DNA of 62,637 nucleotides, filler included, from Sphacelaria rigidula (taxonomy: Eukaryota): NCBI GenBank assembly GCA_964200075.2. It is 11 parts of 11 records of this genome, joined end to end, with 100 filler letters (N's around TTAATTAATTAA, not from the genome) between each part and the next. Parts side by side here need not be neighbours in the genome. Positions count along the whole stretch, not along the records: positions 5,705 to 11,308 come from CAXNAA020025944.1; positions 11,409 to 17,012 come from CAXNAA020025945.1; positions 17,113 to 22,716 come from CAXNAA020025946.1; positions 22,817 to 28,419 come from CAXNAA020025947.1; 7 more parts are not named here. One strand, written 5' to 3'. This document shows positions 11,244-23,616 of this stretch, one piece after another. The notes under the pieces were generated by a model. The model was not told the origin of the DNA. It saw only the letters and a list, made by a program, of their open reading frames with translations, and ran no database searches. The translations under genes and the position numbers were made by a program. How positions within the stretch are numbered: position 1 is the stretch's first letter; each line of letters begins with the position of its first letter.

Positions 11244-11308
11244 AACAGCCGATCATCTATGTTGAGGATGGTGCTTTTCATTGAGGATGAGAACCCGGAG
11301 GATTAAAA
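11244..11308 (+). repeat. End of AACAGCCGATCATCTATG repeat family
   Basis: Inverted copy of 5705-5755, running into the contig end. Confidence 0.9.
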
Positions 11309-11538
11309 NNNNNNNNNNNNNNNNNNNNNNNNNNNNNNNNNNNNNNNNNNNNTTAATTAATTAANNNNNNNNNNNNNNNNNNNNNNNNNNNNNNNNNNNN
11401 NNNNNNNNACCATCATGGTTACCGCAAGAAAAAACGCAAGCGCACAAAAAAAGCGGTAACCTGGTTGCCTAGCTCACGTAGTGAGTGGCGTGCGTTATAG
11501 CGCCATCGCCAACCGACGCCAACCCCATCGGGGGTCCG

Positions 11539-11590
11539 CCCCTATGAAGCCGGGACGGAGCACGCCGGGTTCTCGCCGGATCAGCCAGAA
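11539..11590 (-). mobile_element. Partial copy (5' half) of structured element subfamily A
   Basis: CCCTATGAAGCCGGGACGGAGCACGCCGGGTTCTCGCCGGA matches 143-183 and the reverse complement of 4687-4726. Confidence 0.7.
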
Positions 11591-12224
11591 CTGGTTTGGG
11601 GGGGGGGGGCTATCGTACAAAGTGACCATCATCCAATGCAACAGGTGCAGACAACTAATGTAGTAAGCTAGGCAATGTGTGTGCGTAGAATATGCACGCG
11701 AAGCCAACGAAACAGCGTAGCGGTTGGGTCTTAGGTAGAACTATATTTTCCACAAAGATACCAAAGTGGACGGGCAGGCTCGGCTGGCGTAATGTGGAAG
11801 ATGTACCGACATCATGTATTATCAGCGCTACTATGTGTACAGTATAATGCGGGACACGTACTGCAATCGTGTAGTGCCAAAAGAGTACGGCATTGGCGGC
11901 ACATGCGAAAGAAATCCTAGAATACAAAATATGAGAAACTCAAGATTGTGTATCTTCAAGGACAAAAACGGTCGCCGCAAAAATGATATCCGATGATGCA
12001 GCACAAGCGGAAACACAAGGGTGATAAACACAAACAAGATCAAATATATTGTTAGCAAGGTTGAGGAGCACTAAATACAACGTTACAGTTCACAAAAGCG
12101 AATTTGTCACCGCGGGAATGAAACCTTGCGGTGCACGGGCAGCGACGGCGTCGGTAAGTTGTGAAGTCGGACGCAAGGGTCGCCGCGGGGAAAAGCCCAA
12201 GAGCATAGCGGATGAGTGGCAATT

Positions 12225-12721
12225 TGTCATGAAGGAGCGTATTAGTCTAGCATATTAGCCTGTTATCACGCTCAGACCCGTCAATGAGTCTAGATAGTTA
12301 TTTAGTCTAGACAGTTTTTGGTTCAGGATATCTTGACTGCAGGTCTGTTCAGAGTTGGTCGATACGAGTATGAACGGGTATCAAAGCGAGGGGTGCCTGT
12401 CTGTCGACCCCCGAGCACCTCGCCCATCGTTCCGCACTACCACTTGTCACCAAGCTCTCCGCAAGGAAGCTAAGCGTCGGTGAGATCAATGAGTGAACGT
12501 GAGAGATTGAACGTGAGAGATTGGATAAGCAGAAGGTTGAGACCAAGCACTTACCGAAGAGATATACTAAACCTACACGTGAGATCATAAAGAATACCTT
12601 GGACACATCAAGGGTTACAGTCACTGATTGCTCGAGTCCGTTGTTGGGCTCTTGTCTTGTCTACTCACTGAGTACTGCTAGCAACTCGTGTACTTCATAC
12701 ACGCGGCCTATCCTCTTGACA
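12225..12721 (+). repeat. 5' LTR
   Basis: 12 substitutions versus 14204-14700 by manual comparison, no indels. Confidence 0.97.
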
Positions 12722-12723
12722 AT

Positions 12724-12743
12724 TGGCGTTCGACTAAGGAATC
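12724..12743 (+). promoter_or_regulatory. Primer binding site TGGCGTTCGACTAAGGAATC
   Basis: Starts 2 nt after the LTR. Its complement GATT-CCTTA-GTCGAAC-G-CCA has the geometry of a tRNA T-loop end, T-stem, acceptor strand, discriminator and CCA. Confidence 0.9.
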
Positions 12744-13285
12744 TCTTCACCTGCGGTTGCGTTTCCCTTTTTTTACAACGGAGTGGTCTCTGATTTCATC
12801 GAATTGCATCACGTTCCCGTAGCAGTCTTTGGTTGCATTTACAGGTACCGACGTTCCCTCTTTTTCTTGGATTTTCGTTAGTAGTAGTCAAATCTATTTG
12901 TAAGAGCCCCCGGAGCTAGTCGCCTCCGCTTGTTTCATAATCAGCTCTTAGCTACTGTATAAGCTTCTCTCCGTGTGTGTACCGTACATAGTACCTGTGC
13001 CTTGCAGCCGTTTGGCGACTAGCGGCTTGCTGCAACAGTCGTTCACACGATCTGTACACATATTTTGGTACGCATCTGCACTTTCCTGCTCCTCGTTATA
13101 TCTGCACAGGCACCCTTCCCTGTTTGTTCATATAGAACGGCTACGAGCCCTGGCTTTACTGGCGCGCGTCTTTAGCATTATCGCCCCGCCCCTTTTCTAT
13201 TTTTAAACAGGACACACGCTCTGCCCCAGGTTGTGAAAGGAAAAGCTGCACCAAGTGCATCGCTGCTCATAGTCAGCTACTGCAT

Positions 13286-13545
13286 GGCTCCTACCTGTGG
13301 TTCAAAGGCAGCGACAACCTCTGGGGGTTGGGTCAGACTCACTCCGCTGATATAGTCTCTGCTAAAACATACATCGTGCGCTTCATCGACGGCCCGGGAC
13401 CCATATAGCTTAAGCTCCGGTCTGCACTATACACCACCAGTCCAACCGCACCACGCGGATCTTGGTGTCTTCAGCGCCTCAAGTCCAAAGGACTTCGCCA
13501 CGGTCTCCTGCGCAACATCGACCACACCCACGACGTGCACGCACC
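13286..13545 (+). pseudogene. Remnant of retrotransposon Pol C-terminus (GSYLWFKGSDNLWGLGQ...YIVRFIDGPGPI*LKL...YTTSPTAPRGSWCLQ)
   Basis: Manual translation with one in-frame TAG at 13406-13408. Lies in the position of the post-integrase tail. Resemblance to brown-algal Gypsy Pol tails is from memory, not a search. Confidence 0.65.
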
Positions 13546-13822
13546 GCTGTGAACTACACCCCCACCGTCATCTTTCTTCCTTTCTTTAGTCTTTTGCCCT
13601 CCCTTTTTTCCACTAGGACCCTACTCTACGACATCCACGACAGGATCACCTTCCCCCGGACCATGATCGGACAGGAGCCGCTCGCCACCTACGCCTACTG
13701 GAGCTCTGCTATCCCCTCTATTTCGACGGGGCCGGATCTTGTTGGATCACCAACTCTTCAGATTTGCTTTTTTTGCTTCCGACCAACTTACGTTGGTCGC
13801 CTGTTACTGCTGTAGCCATTAT

Positions 13823-13919
13823 TTCCTTTGGAATCCCCCAGGTCGAAGCTGGCGTAGCTTGCTCCCTGTTTTTCCTTTGGAATCCCCCAGGTCGAAGCTG
13901 GCGCAGCTGGCTCCCTGTT
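13823..13919 (+). repeat. 49-bp tandem duplication inside the LTR element
   Basis: TTCCTTTGGAATCCCCCAGGTCGAAGCTGGCG...GCTCCCTGTT occurs twice. Confidence 0.9.
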
Positions 13920-14203
13920 GTACCCCCCCTGATTTTTTCCTCGTTTTGCTGGGACGCCGAAGCATTGTGTGCTTCTTCGTTGGTTTCTAGCACGCGGCAG
14001 CAGTTTTGTGCTTCTGCGTTTTAAGCACTTTAGTTTCTGCTTTCTTTACTCTGAGGTGTGGGCGTGGGTCGGGAGTATTCCCTTAGGCGTGTTCTATTGG
14101 CATTAGCCGCTCATGACTTCACGAATAAAGAAAAACCTTAGTTATCGCTGCTTTTGAGGAAATATTCTCGCAGCTGTAATAAAAGTTCGTCTGGGTGGGT
14201 TAG

Positions 14204-14700
14204 TGTCATGAAGGAGCGTATTAGTCTAGCATATTAGCCTGTTATCACGCTCAGACCCGTCAATGAGTCTAGATAGTTATTTAGTCTAGACAGTTTTTGG
14301 TTCAGGATATCTTGACTGCAGGTCTGTTCAGAGTTGGTCGATACGAGTATGAACGGGTATCAAAGCGAGGGGTGCCTGTCTGTCGACCCCCGAGCACCTC
14401 GCCCATCGTTCCGCACTACTACTTGTCACCAAGCTCTCCGCAAGGAAGCTAAGTATCGGTGAGATTAATGAGTGAACGTGAGAGATTGAACGTGAGAGAT
14501 TGGATAAGCAGAAGGTTGAGACCAAGCATTTATCGAAGAGATATACTAAACCTACACGTGAGATCATAAAGAATACCTTGGACACATCAAGGGTTACAGC
14601 CACTGATTGCTCGAGTCCGTTGTTGGGCTCTTGTCTTGTCTACTCACTGAATACTACTAGCGACTCGTGTACTTCATACACGCGGCTTATCCCCTTGACA
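14204..14700 (+). repeat. 3' LTR (preceded by PPT-like GGGTGGGTTAG, 14193-14203)
   Basis: Direct repeat of 12225-12721. Confidence 0.97.
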
Positions 14701-17623
14701 AATTCAGCATGTATTGTGGTCATCTCATAAGCTCTTCTCCAGAGTTTTAGTGCTCGTGATCGCGAAGCTGTTGTAGCATGAGGTACAACAGTGGAACACT
14801 GTTTTTCATCGCCCCCTTTTTTTATTTCTGGAATGGTTGGACAATCTTGGCACTAGGGCTTGAGGATAGAACTGTTCATTCATGTTGCTACCTAACCCTC
14901 CCGGTTCTGTTCCCCGTCCGGGCCCGTACCTGAACTGGGTGATATTACCTGTGTTGCTGGACGGAGTCCCGGGTGTCTCGCTGCATATATCGTGTTGTGC
15001 TCAAGGTCGCATGAGTAATTCTTTTGTGGTGCGGTACTGACAATAGTATAGTTCGCGATACTGACAGAAGGGCTCTGGGATGTTACTGTAAAAGGAAAAG
15101 GAATGGAGGGAAAAGAAAAGCTTCCGATAGATGGATGGGTGGGAGCTGATCGAGTCACCCACCATTGTACCTGTCATTTGACGCCCCAACTTGAGCCAGG
15201 GTTTACTCGGTAGGGGGTAGACCTGTGGAGGGTTCGCTTGTGTTTAGATTTCCTCAACTGCATCGTGCAATGTATATATATATACATATATATCATGTAT
15301 GGAAGTTACTCGCAGGTGAGCAGACCTGGATTTATCGATTTTTACCGCGGAAAATGAGCCAATCCTTCTTCTTTTTTTTTGTTGTTGCGGCGTCGGTGTA
15401 GTATATTAATCGCGTTGCTTCCACGGCATATTTTCACATGTGAGTAGACATTGTGTGTTGTTTGACATTTCATCGGTGATGGTAGGATAATCATGCATCA
15501 TGTAGTGTATATTGTGAGTAAAGTACATGTCGGTCCTCAGGACGGTGTGATCGCTACGGGTACATATCTTGTGCTACAATCCGTACTGTACGGACCATCT
15601 GTATTCAGCAGTAAAGAGGTGTACGGGTAACAGATAGGGGTACCGCGGTGCCTGTGCCGGTGGGACAGTATGGGGTGTTGATCCCACCGCTGCTGGTCAA
15701 GGGTAGTTGCTTGCCTTCGTTTGTTAGGGTGATGTCCTATGCGACTACGTCCAAATTATGTGGGATAACTGGTGTATGTCTACCATGCAGGGAAGCCAAC
15801 AACAACAAAAAAATAATCGTGTTGCCCCTCCGACAAACCCTGCGGACCCTGTAGGGCAGTTTGCTAACACGTGAACAAGCAAAAATCTGGCACTGGGCCC
15901 ACACATTGTGCTGCTGTGAGGCAGACAGCTGCTACCACCAATCCCTGAGGATACAGCAGCTCCGTGCTGGGTCAATCTTTTCGCCTCAACCTGCATGCAC
16001 CTGCCTTGCGTGTCTTCTGCGGTACTATAGTCACTGCAGGCCGAACATACAGCTGCACACTCGTCACCTGATTGTTTGAAACTTGTTTTTGCGGCATTTT
16101 GATCCCACCCCGATTGTATGCGGACGAAAACAGAGCATGCAGCAGTACAACTGCTCACGCACTCTCCAGCGCACATCGCACCGAGGTCGCCGTAGGGAGT
16201 TTAGATGCACTACAGCACGGTAACAACTACCGCATTGCGATGACGGGGTCGGGAAGCGCCTTGCTTGATCACTCAATACGCAACAGCCAACACCCGCTGA
16301 AGGTTTGAACATTTGAACAGATAGTAAACAGCACTGCGTGCGTTGCAGTATTTCTGACAGAGACGAACACAGTGACAAAAACAAAACAGCTCATGTGTAG
16401 CCCCAGCGGGGGTAATTTTGATGCTGAGTGATCGCGTTCGCCTCTCCTGTTCTCTGGGAATTTGGGCACCATGTCACACAAGCAAAGTTATGTGTTGGTT
16501 AGGCGTGGAAGGTAGCCTAGTCAAAGGGTGCTTTGTCCATGCAAGGCATCCTAGAACCCCGTACGATAGTTTACAACGGCTACAGTGATAATGTAAACTC
16601 TCTACATCACGCCGAGACCATGCATACCTCTTGTTTGTCGAGTCGATCAGCTTTGCAGAGTAGTGGCACGCAATGAACATTGCGTATAGCATGTAGGTTA
16701 TCCTTGGTGGAGGGTGAGTGGTGTCGCGTTCAGTGTTCAGCAGTGGTGGAGTGCAGTTCAGTTATCGTAAGACGATGTGTCATATTTGCCCTCGGATTGG
16801 AATGGTTTGGTCTTTTTTTCTGACCTCGTGTGCGCTCGCGGGTGCATAGCGTGTCTTTATCTTTTATACATCGTCATTGGGCTGAAGAATGGTTCGGCAG
16901 ACCCGCAATCGCATCACCCTATAGCCTCCTATTCAGGATCATCATCCACCCTGTAATAGGCTCACCGACACTAAATAATGCCTCCAAGACGGGCTCGTAG
17001 CCTGAAGCTAAGNNNNNNNNNNNNNNNNNNNNNNNNNNNNNNNNNNNNNNNNNNNNTTAATTAATTAANNNNNNNNNNNNNNNNNNNNNNNNNNNNNNNN
17101 NNNNNNNNNNNNGCGACTTCCCTGGGTCTGGTTGTCTTTTGTGGGGTTTGGGCTCGAGGCAGGGGTATAAACCGTTTTCCAGTCTGTAAGGCCCCTTGGA
17201 TCGAACAGTATTCCGCCTGATTTGGTGTCATGTTAGTCACCACCACCGAAAAAAATAAGACACAACAAGTCAAAGAAATGGAGAGAGCAAAAAATCACGA
17301 TGATGCTGATACACAGCTTTATAATGTCTCTAAAGCCATGTCCTCAACCAAGGCTGACTCATTTCCACCCCGTACAGGGGACAAACGAGCGATGGATACC
17401 TCTCTCAAAGTAGCTCAGACAGACGTTCATACTAGGCAGTTTCGAAAAAAAATATCTGAACTCAGGAATAAGGTAAAAGCAGATGGGTTGTTCACGCTTA
17501 AACCTCATGTTGTTTTTTTCCAGGGAAGTGTAGACCGTGGCCAACTTTTCGGGGTTGAGTATTTTCTATTCCGAATGCCACGTGGTCGATGTCATGAGTT
17601 AAAGAGGTACAAGTCGCGCCGTG

Positions 17624-17921
17624 GATAATGTTTTCGCGAGACTGAGTGCAGATAATACGGTTGAGGGTGAGAAGCAGTCAATTAACGACTAAATAGTTTC
17701 GGTTTCAAAATGCCACTCCTCGAGGCCCGATATGTTTTCCGTAGTAGCCCACCACTGAAGCCCTTGATATTCCTGAGTAGGATATCGACGTGCAGCTGAA
17801 AGCACACGCCAACGTTACAGGTAAAGAAGAGTATACAGAACGAAAAATTGGTCAAGTTATAGCGAAAGATGAAACCTCCTCTGAATTAACGCTCTACTCT
17901 CGATCTGACGAAAACATTGTT
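17624..17921. mobile_element. AACA-ended MITE, old degenerate copy
   Basis: Colinear with 23834-24138, decayed TIRs, flanks CGTG/AGTG (degenerate 4-bp TSD). Confidence 0.75.
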
Positions 17922-18309
17922 AGTGCTGTTCTGCGTTCGTTTGTACTCTGCGTCTACCCATGCGGTGCGACCCGTACTGCGCGGAAGAGCATGTATTCAG
18001 TTGTCTGTGCTGTCCCCGTACCGTTGAATACGCGACAACAGGTAGACATGCTAATCGAGGCCAAAAAATATAGTTTTTTTTCTCAAAAAGTGTGTAGGAT
18101 CTTCCTGTTGGAAAATCGCACGAGTCAATGAGATGGGGATGATCCGCCCAGTCGATCGGCATAGAAGCGAATGGGCCGCTCGGTCGGTTGAGAAAAGAAG
18201 CGCAAAAGCCCATCTGCACCCATGACACGCACGCGTCTTTGCTGCATTGCATCGCCCGTACGGTCTGTTCATCATTCATTTTCACATCAAAACTGTGACA
18301 ATGCAACAC

Positions 18310-19760
18310 AGATGACCCACGCTGGGGGTGCCCGTTTGTGTAGGTCGAGACAAAAGCCGATCGAAAACGTACAGTGCAGTGCAGCAGTACAATGCTTTAT
18401 ATTACAATACGGTGTTGTCTTCTCTTTCCCACCCATTGCGTTTGTTCGTTCCGTTTGTCTATGGGTATCACCAAGGATCAGATTACACGAAACCCTTCGA
18501 CACCGTCATCCCTTCCTGCCTCGGGTTGCCAAAGAAAGTCCTTGGGCTGCGGTGGGCATTCATTTTTAAACTAAATAGTACGCCCATACAACCACAACTG
18601 ACCCATCATGAGGTGGCTACCGTCTGTGTAAATAGACAAAGCCAAAGTGCACCGTACAGCATAGTACAGCGCAGACAGTACAATGTTATCTTCTCTGTGC
18701 CCCCCGCCGCATTCCTCCTTTCTTCTGTGGGTATTGTCGAGTGTCGGATTACTCCTTTGTGGAGCGTCACCTCTTCTCGTCCGCTCTAAAAGCGACGCTT
18801 GATCGCCAGGGCGGTGTCTTGTTTTCATTTTTGAAGTCAAAATCTCTGGAGACGGTCGACTCTTCCTACAATACCCGGCTCTAAAGTTGGACTCTCCGAC
18901 CTCCGATTGGATCATCTGGATTTCGCATTCATTTTTCAAGTGAAAAGTATACCGATACAACATATGACCGACCCTGGGGTGAGTGGAGGGTGAGTGGCAC
19001 TTGTCCGTGTATTCCCGAGGTATAAGCTCAAGTCGCAGCGGACGGAGGCTGTAGAAGCGGTACGGCGAACATGGCGGTACCAATACTACCAACACTACAG
19101 ACGAAGAGGAGAGCATAACTCCGTCACCATGATGTTGTCTGTTCCAGTACACGCCATGTTCTTTACCTTGGGTTCGTTGTACGGCTGTGTACACAAGCGG
19201 CGAGGCTTTCCCCAACAGAAAATATCTGAGTGTATCATATTTGCACATTCACACGCACCGAACTAAAGTTACTCCGCGACCGATTCACACCTGCCCCCCG
19301 ACGTTTCCCCCGAGCCCCTTCTTGCTGTCATTATTTTTCACTTGAATTTACTGAGGACGGTGCTTTGCTCAGGACATACTCCATCGATGGATAGGTTTTA
19401 TCCGGGCGGTTTTCCACGGTCACATGCGCGATTCGAGCGCCGATTGTTGCGTTAAGTGCTCACGACCCCAATGCATCACACTGCAGCACCCATTTCAGGT
19501 CACGTCCCGCGGTCAGATCAGTAACCCGGAAATTATATATATATATGTATATATGTATAGTCAGGTTTAGAGTGTACGCCTTCAAAGCAGGAGGATAAGG
19601 CCGCGGTTATGGGGTGCGTGTGGGTGGTCAGCAACAGGATGTAGGGTGTAAACAGGGAGGGTGCTGCCTGCGCGCGCGATCAACCCGACAAGAGATTTGA
19701 GTGTGAAAGCAAGTGTATTTGGGAGGAGCATCCCAGGGTAGAAAAGGAAACCTTTTTTTT
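18310..19760 (+). repeat. Long unclassified dispersed repeat shared with 40747-42490
   Basis: Several colinear blocks (e.g. CGTGTATTCCCGAGGTA..CTCAAGTC.CAGC.GACGGAGGCTGT). An inverted pair at 18043-18068 / 19803-19827 brackets it. Limits approximate. Confidence 0.7.
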
Positions 19761-20145
19761 TTGTCTGTGGTCGTTATGACTTCCTCGAACAGCACATTCA
19801 ATTTTTTTGCCCCGATTAGCATGTCTAACAGTATCGTCAACACAGCCTCCGCGTACGAACCCGGCACAGTACACAACGTTGGGCACACAGGCAATGCACC
19901 TCGGCGCGCGCTAGTCAATCACAAGTCCTGTACCTGTCGGTGTGTGGTACAGTACAGTACAAGTACAAGTTGTGAGAACTGTACTGTTGCACTGTAGACA
20001 GTTCTGTACTGTCTGTAGTACAAGTGCTCTGTACTGTCTGTATTGTTTAGTACAAGTGTACATATGCCTGTGTGTGTCCATATGCATACGTTGAGGAAGT
20101 ACGCTCATCCTTAGCAACATACACTACGCAGTAATCCTAGCTGCG

Positions 20146-20410
20146 TGGAGGCGGACGGGGGAGCCGAGACACCTGTCGACCTGGCTGAAGATAGGCGGCA
20201 GGACGTAGGTCGGCCACTAATGCAGTCGCTACGAGGACATCGGCAAAATGGCCACCCAACGGTGGTGTACCCGTGCGAGCTAGCGCAAGCTTGACGTTAT
20301 GTGGTCATTTGGTAGATGTCATTCAGCCGCTGCATGAGTGGCCGACTTCCGCCCTCCCGCCTCATCTTCAGGCAGGTGGACTGGTGTGTCGCCTCCCCCG
20401 TTCGCCTCCA
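20146..20410. repeat. Imperfect inverted repeat with ~116-bp arms (20146-20261, 20295-20410) and a 33-nt loop
   Basis: Manual alignment gives roughly 80% identity between the arms. Confidence 0.9.
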
Positions 20411-20514
20411 ACTCTCCCTCGTAGTCTTGGGTGATCCTCGTGAACAAGCTGCCATCACCAGTGCTGTCGTGGACGTCCACGGCATCCGCTATCGCCCCAC
20501 GTACGATGTTTGTC
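20319..20514 (-). CDS. Putative terminal exon (TNIVRGAIADAVDVHDSTGDGSLFTRITQDYEGELEANGGGDTPVHLPEDEAGGRKSATHAAAE*)
   Basis: TAG acceptor, 64 open codons then TGA, coding-like composition. Not in the ORF track. Confidence 0.5.
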
Positions 20515-22816
20515 CTACGGCTGTGTTCTCTAACCTTGGTCGTTGTGGGGCGGGGTGTTCAGTTCCATTTCCTCAAACCCCAAGTTGGGCAACAACGATT
20601 TGGGGTGGTTTACAACTCAGGGGTTATTTTCAAAATTTCAAATTGATCCTGAGTTGCCGGTGACATCTCTCCTCACAGGTGCGTTTCCAGGCTCTAACCA
20701 GGGTGATTCGTCATATCCTGGCCTTAAATCCCAACTTCGTTTATTATCCCTGAGTTTTCTGGCCTATTTCCCCCCCCTTTGAACTCTCTATTTATGCAAG
20801 CCAAATAGTCTACTTTCCAATATGCCCGTCCGACACGCGATCAAATATTACAGACATTGCACGAATGTCAGCAAGCCATTGTCCAAGGCGAAGGATTATT
20901 GCACCGATCACTCCTCAGGATAGTGTAATACTTCCAGGAGATGACTTCCACTTGAGTATCATTATCTGTGGTGTGGGCTCGTGCGGCTAGAACGTAGGTA
21001 ATTGGTAGGCGTGCGCCCTGGCTATACAGAGCACCGATTTCCCTTTGCAGCTGCTGTCTGGATCACGATACTGCCAACGGTGAGGGAGGTGTTGAACATG
21101 TGAGATACGGCGTAAAAGCGAAACAGATGGTGGGTAAAATCCAACGGGAGCAGGCGGTGATTGCGCCGTGTTCAGGTAGTGTTTTTTCTTGGGGAAACCC
21201 CCTCGTCCTGAAATCATGCATGCAATATCCACGTTGCTCGCTGGCAAGAGAAATGTTACAAACGTGTGCTTTCGTCGCTAGGGTGGCACAGGAAGCGTGC
21301 TTGGAGAATCACCGCGCAAGTTGTAAGACACACACACGCACACACACACACACACGTGTACTACCGACTCTTTGTAAGGTCAGCGAGACCGCAAGCTCCC
21401 GGCATCACAGGGGTGATACTGTGGGAGTAGCACCGATGTGTGAATGGGAGGACAGACGGCCACATCGACCGTCCGATTGGGTGCAGATGGTTGAGTATGA
21501 AGCATGTGAAAGAGAGCGGTGAAGAATTTCTGCTACGTTTTCCCAACATCAATCGCACTGGTCATGCTAACGATACCTAGCAGTTTTCTCGCTGTCAAAT
21601 CGTTTCAATACCACGCAACGAAACAATTATATGCGCGTGCGTTGGTAGTGTCGCACAATCTCAAATAAAGGTAACTTGGATACCATCATTTGCTTGAGAC
21701 TTATGTTTTGTTTCGATATACTCGTTTGGTTCAGATTCACCCGAGGGGCTTGCCAGACCACCTTCCATACACTTGTACATGCAAGGGCGCACCGCACCAT
21801 GCACGCACCACCATCACGATGCACGCGAGGCGCGATAGCTGACTACCTCCTTAAGAACTTGAATGATGAAGATCTATGCGTGCAACCCATCTACAGAAAA
21901 GAAACCTCGAAATTTCCCAGTAGGCTCAATCAAAACGTAAAACCATCATCATGATCCTTGCCCGTTCTCAATACCGAGTCCTCTCTTTCCGATCCGCTGC
22001 ATTCGGAATTTGAATTCCCAATTCAGATCCCGACTGAGTACTTCGACATACGGCCGATTGGCCCGTCCGATCCATCATCGAAATGATTACGACTAGCCGA
22101 GTCTCTTCCCGGATCCGACACCCATTCCACTACCCTCTTGTCGTCGCACCAACACGGCGCCCCATCACGATGGACATGAATAGCTGCCCCCGGCGCGTTG
22201 CTCGCTCCGTTCGCGTCACCTCTTCGACGGTGCGCCGTCGACCCGCACCTTCCACGGTTATGGTGGATCCGCTTCTCCCACGCTGGGATCGGCCGCGTGC
22301 ATCATTCTTTCCGCTGGCGGTATCAACAGCAGGAGTCGCACCTGTCGCTGGTGAAGGGGGCGGGGACAGGAAAAAGGGGGCGGGGACAAGAAACAGAGAC
22401 CCTGGCACCCGCAGCTCAGTATACATTTCCCCAAACAACCTCTTTGGGCTGCCTTTACCGACTTGTATGAACACCTGATGGTTTGCAGGTTCCCGAGTCG
22501 GCCAGCATACGCGTGGCTTACTGATGGGTAAATAATTATGCTGTTGCGTACCAGCTGCACCACCCCCGCTGCTCGCCGATTTTTTACCACCCTTGAGATG
22601 AGTCTTGTTTTCCGGCCCAACGCCCCACCCGCGCCCATTGAAGTCCACAGTGGGTATCCAGTGCCGAAACGCTCCCCCCCCCACGTGCTGGACCCGGCGG
22701 GTTAGTGGGCGCCACCNNNNNNNNNNNNNNNNNNNNNNNNNNNNNNNNNNNNNNNNNNNNTTAATTAATTAANNNNNNNNNNNNNNNNNNNNNNNNNNNN
22801 NNNNNNNNNNNNNNNN

Positions 22817-22848
22817 ACAAGCGTCTGTGTGACCCCGGCTGGCGCGCG

Positions 22849-22902
<54 letters not shown>

Positions 22903-23575
22903 GAAAGGTGTAGATCGCAGCCATACTATGATAAACATTCACGTTTTTGGCGAAAATGTTCCTCGGGGTGTTGGACATATCACTTTGAGAATCGGCATCA
23001 TTTTATCTTGAAAAATACTGAAAATGATGCTGATTCACGAAAAGTCCCCTGCGTACATTTCAATGTCCGGTCCCCGGATACTTTGATTGCACAGTCAGCG
23101 ATAAAAAATAGAGCCAAACACCGCAGAAGGAACGTGGCGTCCTGAAAACAATGAACAAAGAACAAGCTCCTGTGTGACCCCGGCTGGTGCGTCCACATAT
23201 ATATACCGAAAGGTGTACACCGGAGCCATGAAACGGTAGAAGTTTACTTTTTTGGCGAAAATGTTTCTCGGGGTGTTGGACGGGTCACTTTGAGAATCGG
23301 CATCATTTTATCTTGAAAAACACTGAAAATGATGCCGATTCACGTCTTGACTTTGTGTATTTGTTGGCATGAATTTGTTTTTACGAGAACGTTTTCCCCT
23401 CACACCATGCCCAACACTGGAGAGCGAACACGTCGTTGGTACACAAATATCGACCACGAGGAAAAGGGACTGCTGAACCCTTTTCGCGACAAAAAAATAA
23501 AGGCAAGCACTGCAGTAAAAACAGATGAAAAAAAACAAGCTCCTGTGTGACCCCGGCTGGTGCACGAACATATGT

Positions 23576-23616
<41 letters not shown>

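Larger units (their letters stand above)
12225..14700 (+). mobile_element. Complete non-autonomous LTR retrotransposon (TRIM/LARD-like, probably Ty3/Gypsy-derived), 2476 bp
   Basis: Two 497-bp direct LTRs with TGTCA...TGACA ends, 4-bp TSD AATT (12221-12224, 14701-14704), PBS, purine-rich tract before the 3' LTR, and no intact gag/pol. Confidence 0.95.

Noticed and set aside
5705..11308. Whole contig as a single 5.6-kb TIR transposon
   Set aside because: The shared boundary is on the inner side and recurs at 28577 with different flanking DNA. These are ends of separate repeat copies extending outward.
12349..12793. Duplicated ORFs at 12349/12521 and 14328/14500
   Set aside because: They are duplicated only because they lie in the two LTRs, and show no protein features.
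22130..22684. 184-aa minus-strand ORF or exon after a pyrimidine tract
   Set aside because: GC-rich and open in several frames. I could not fix a frame or a phase-compatible link to exon 20319-20514.
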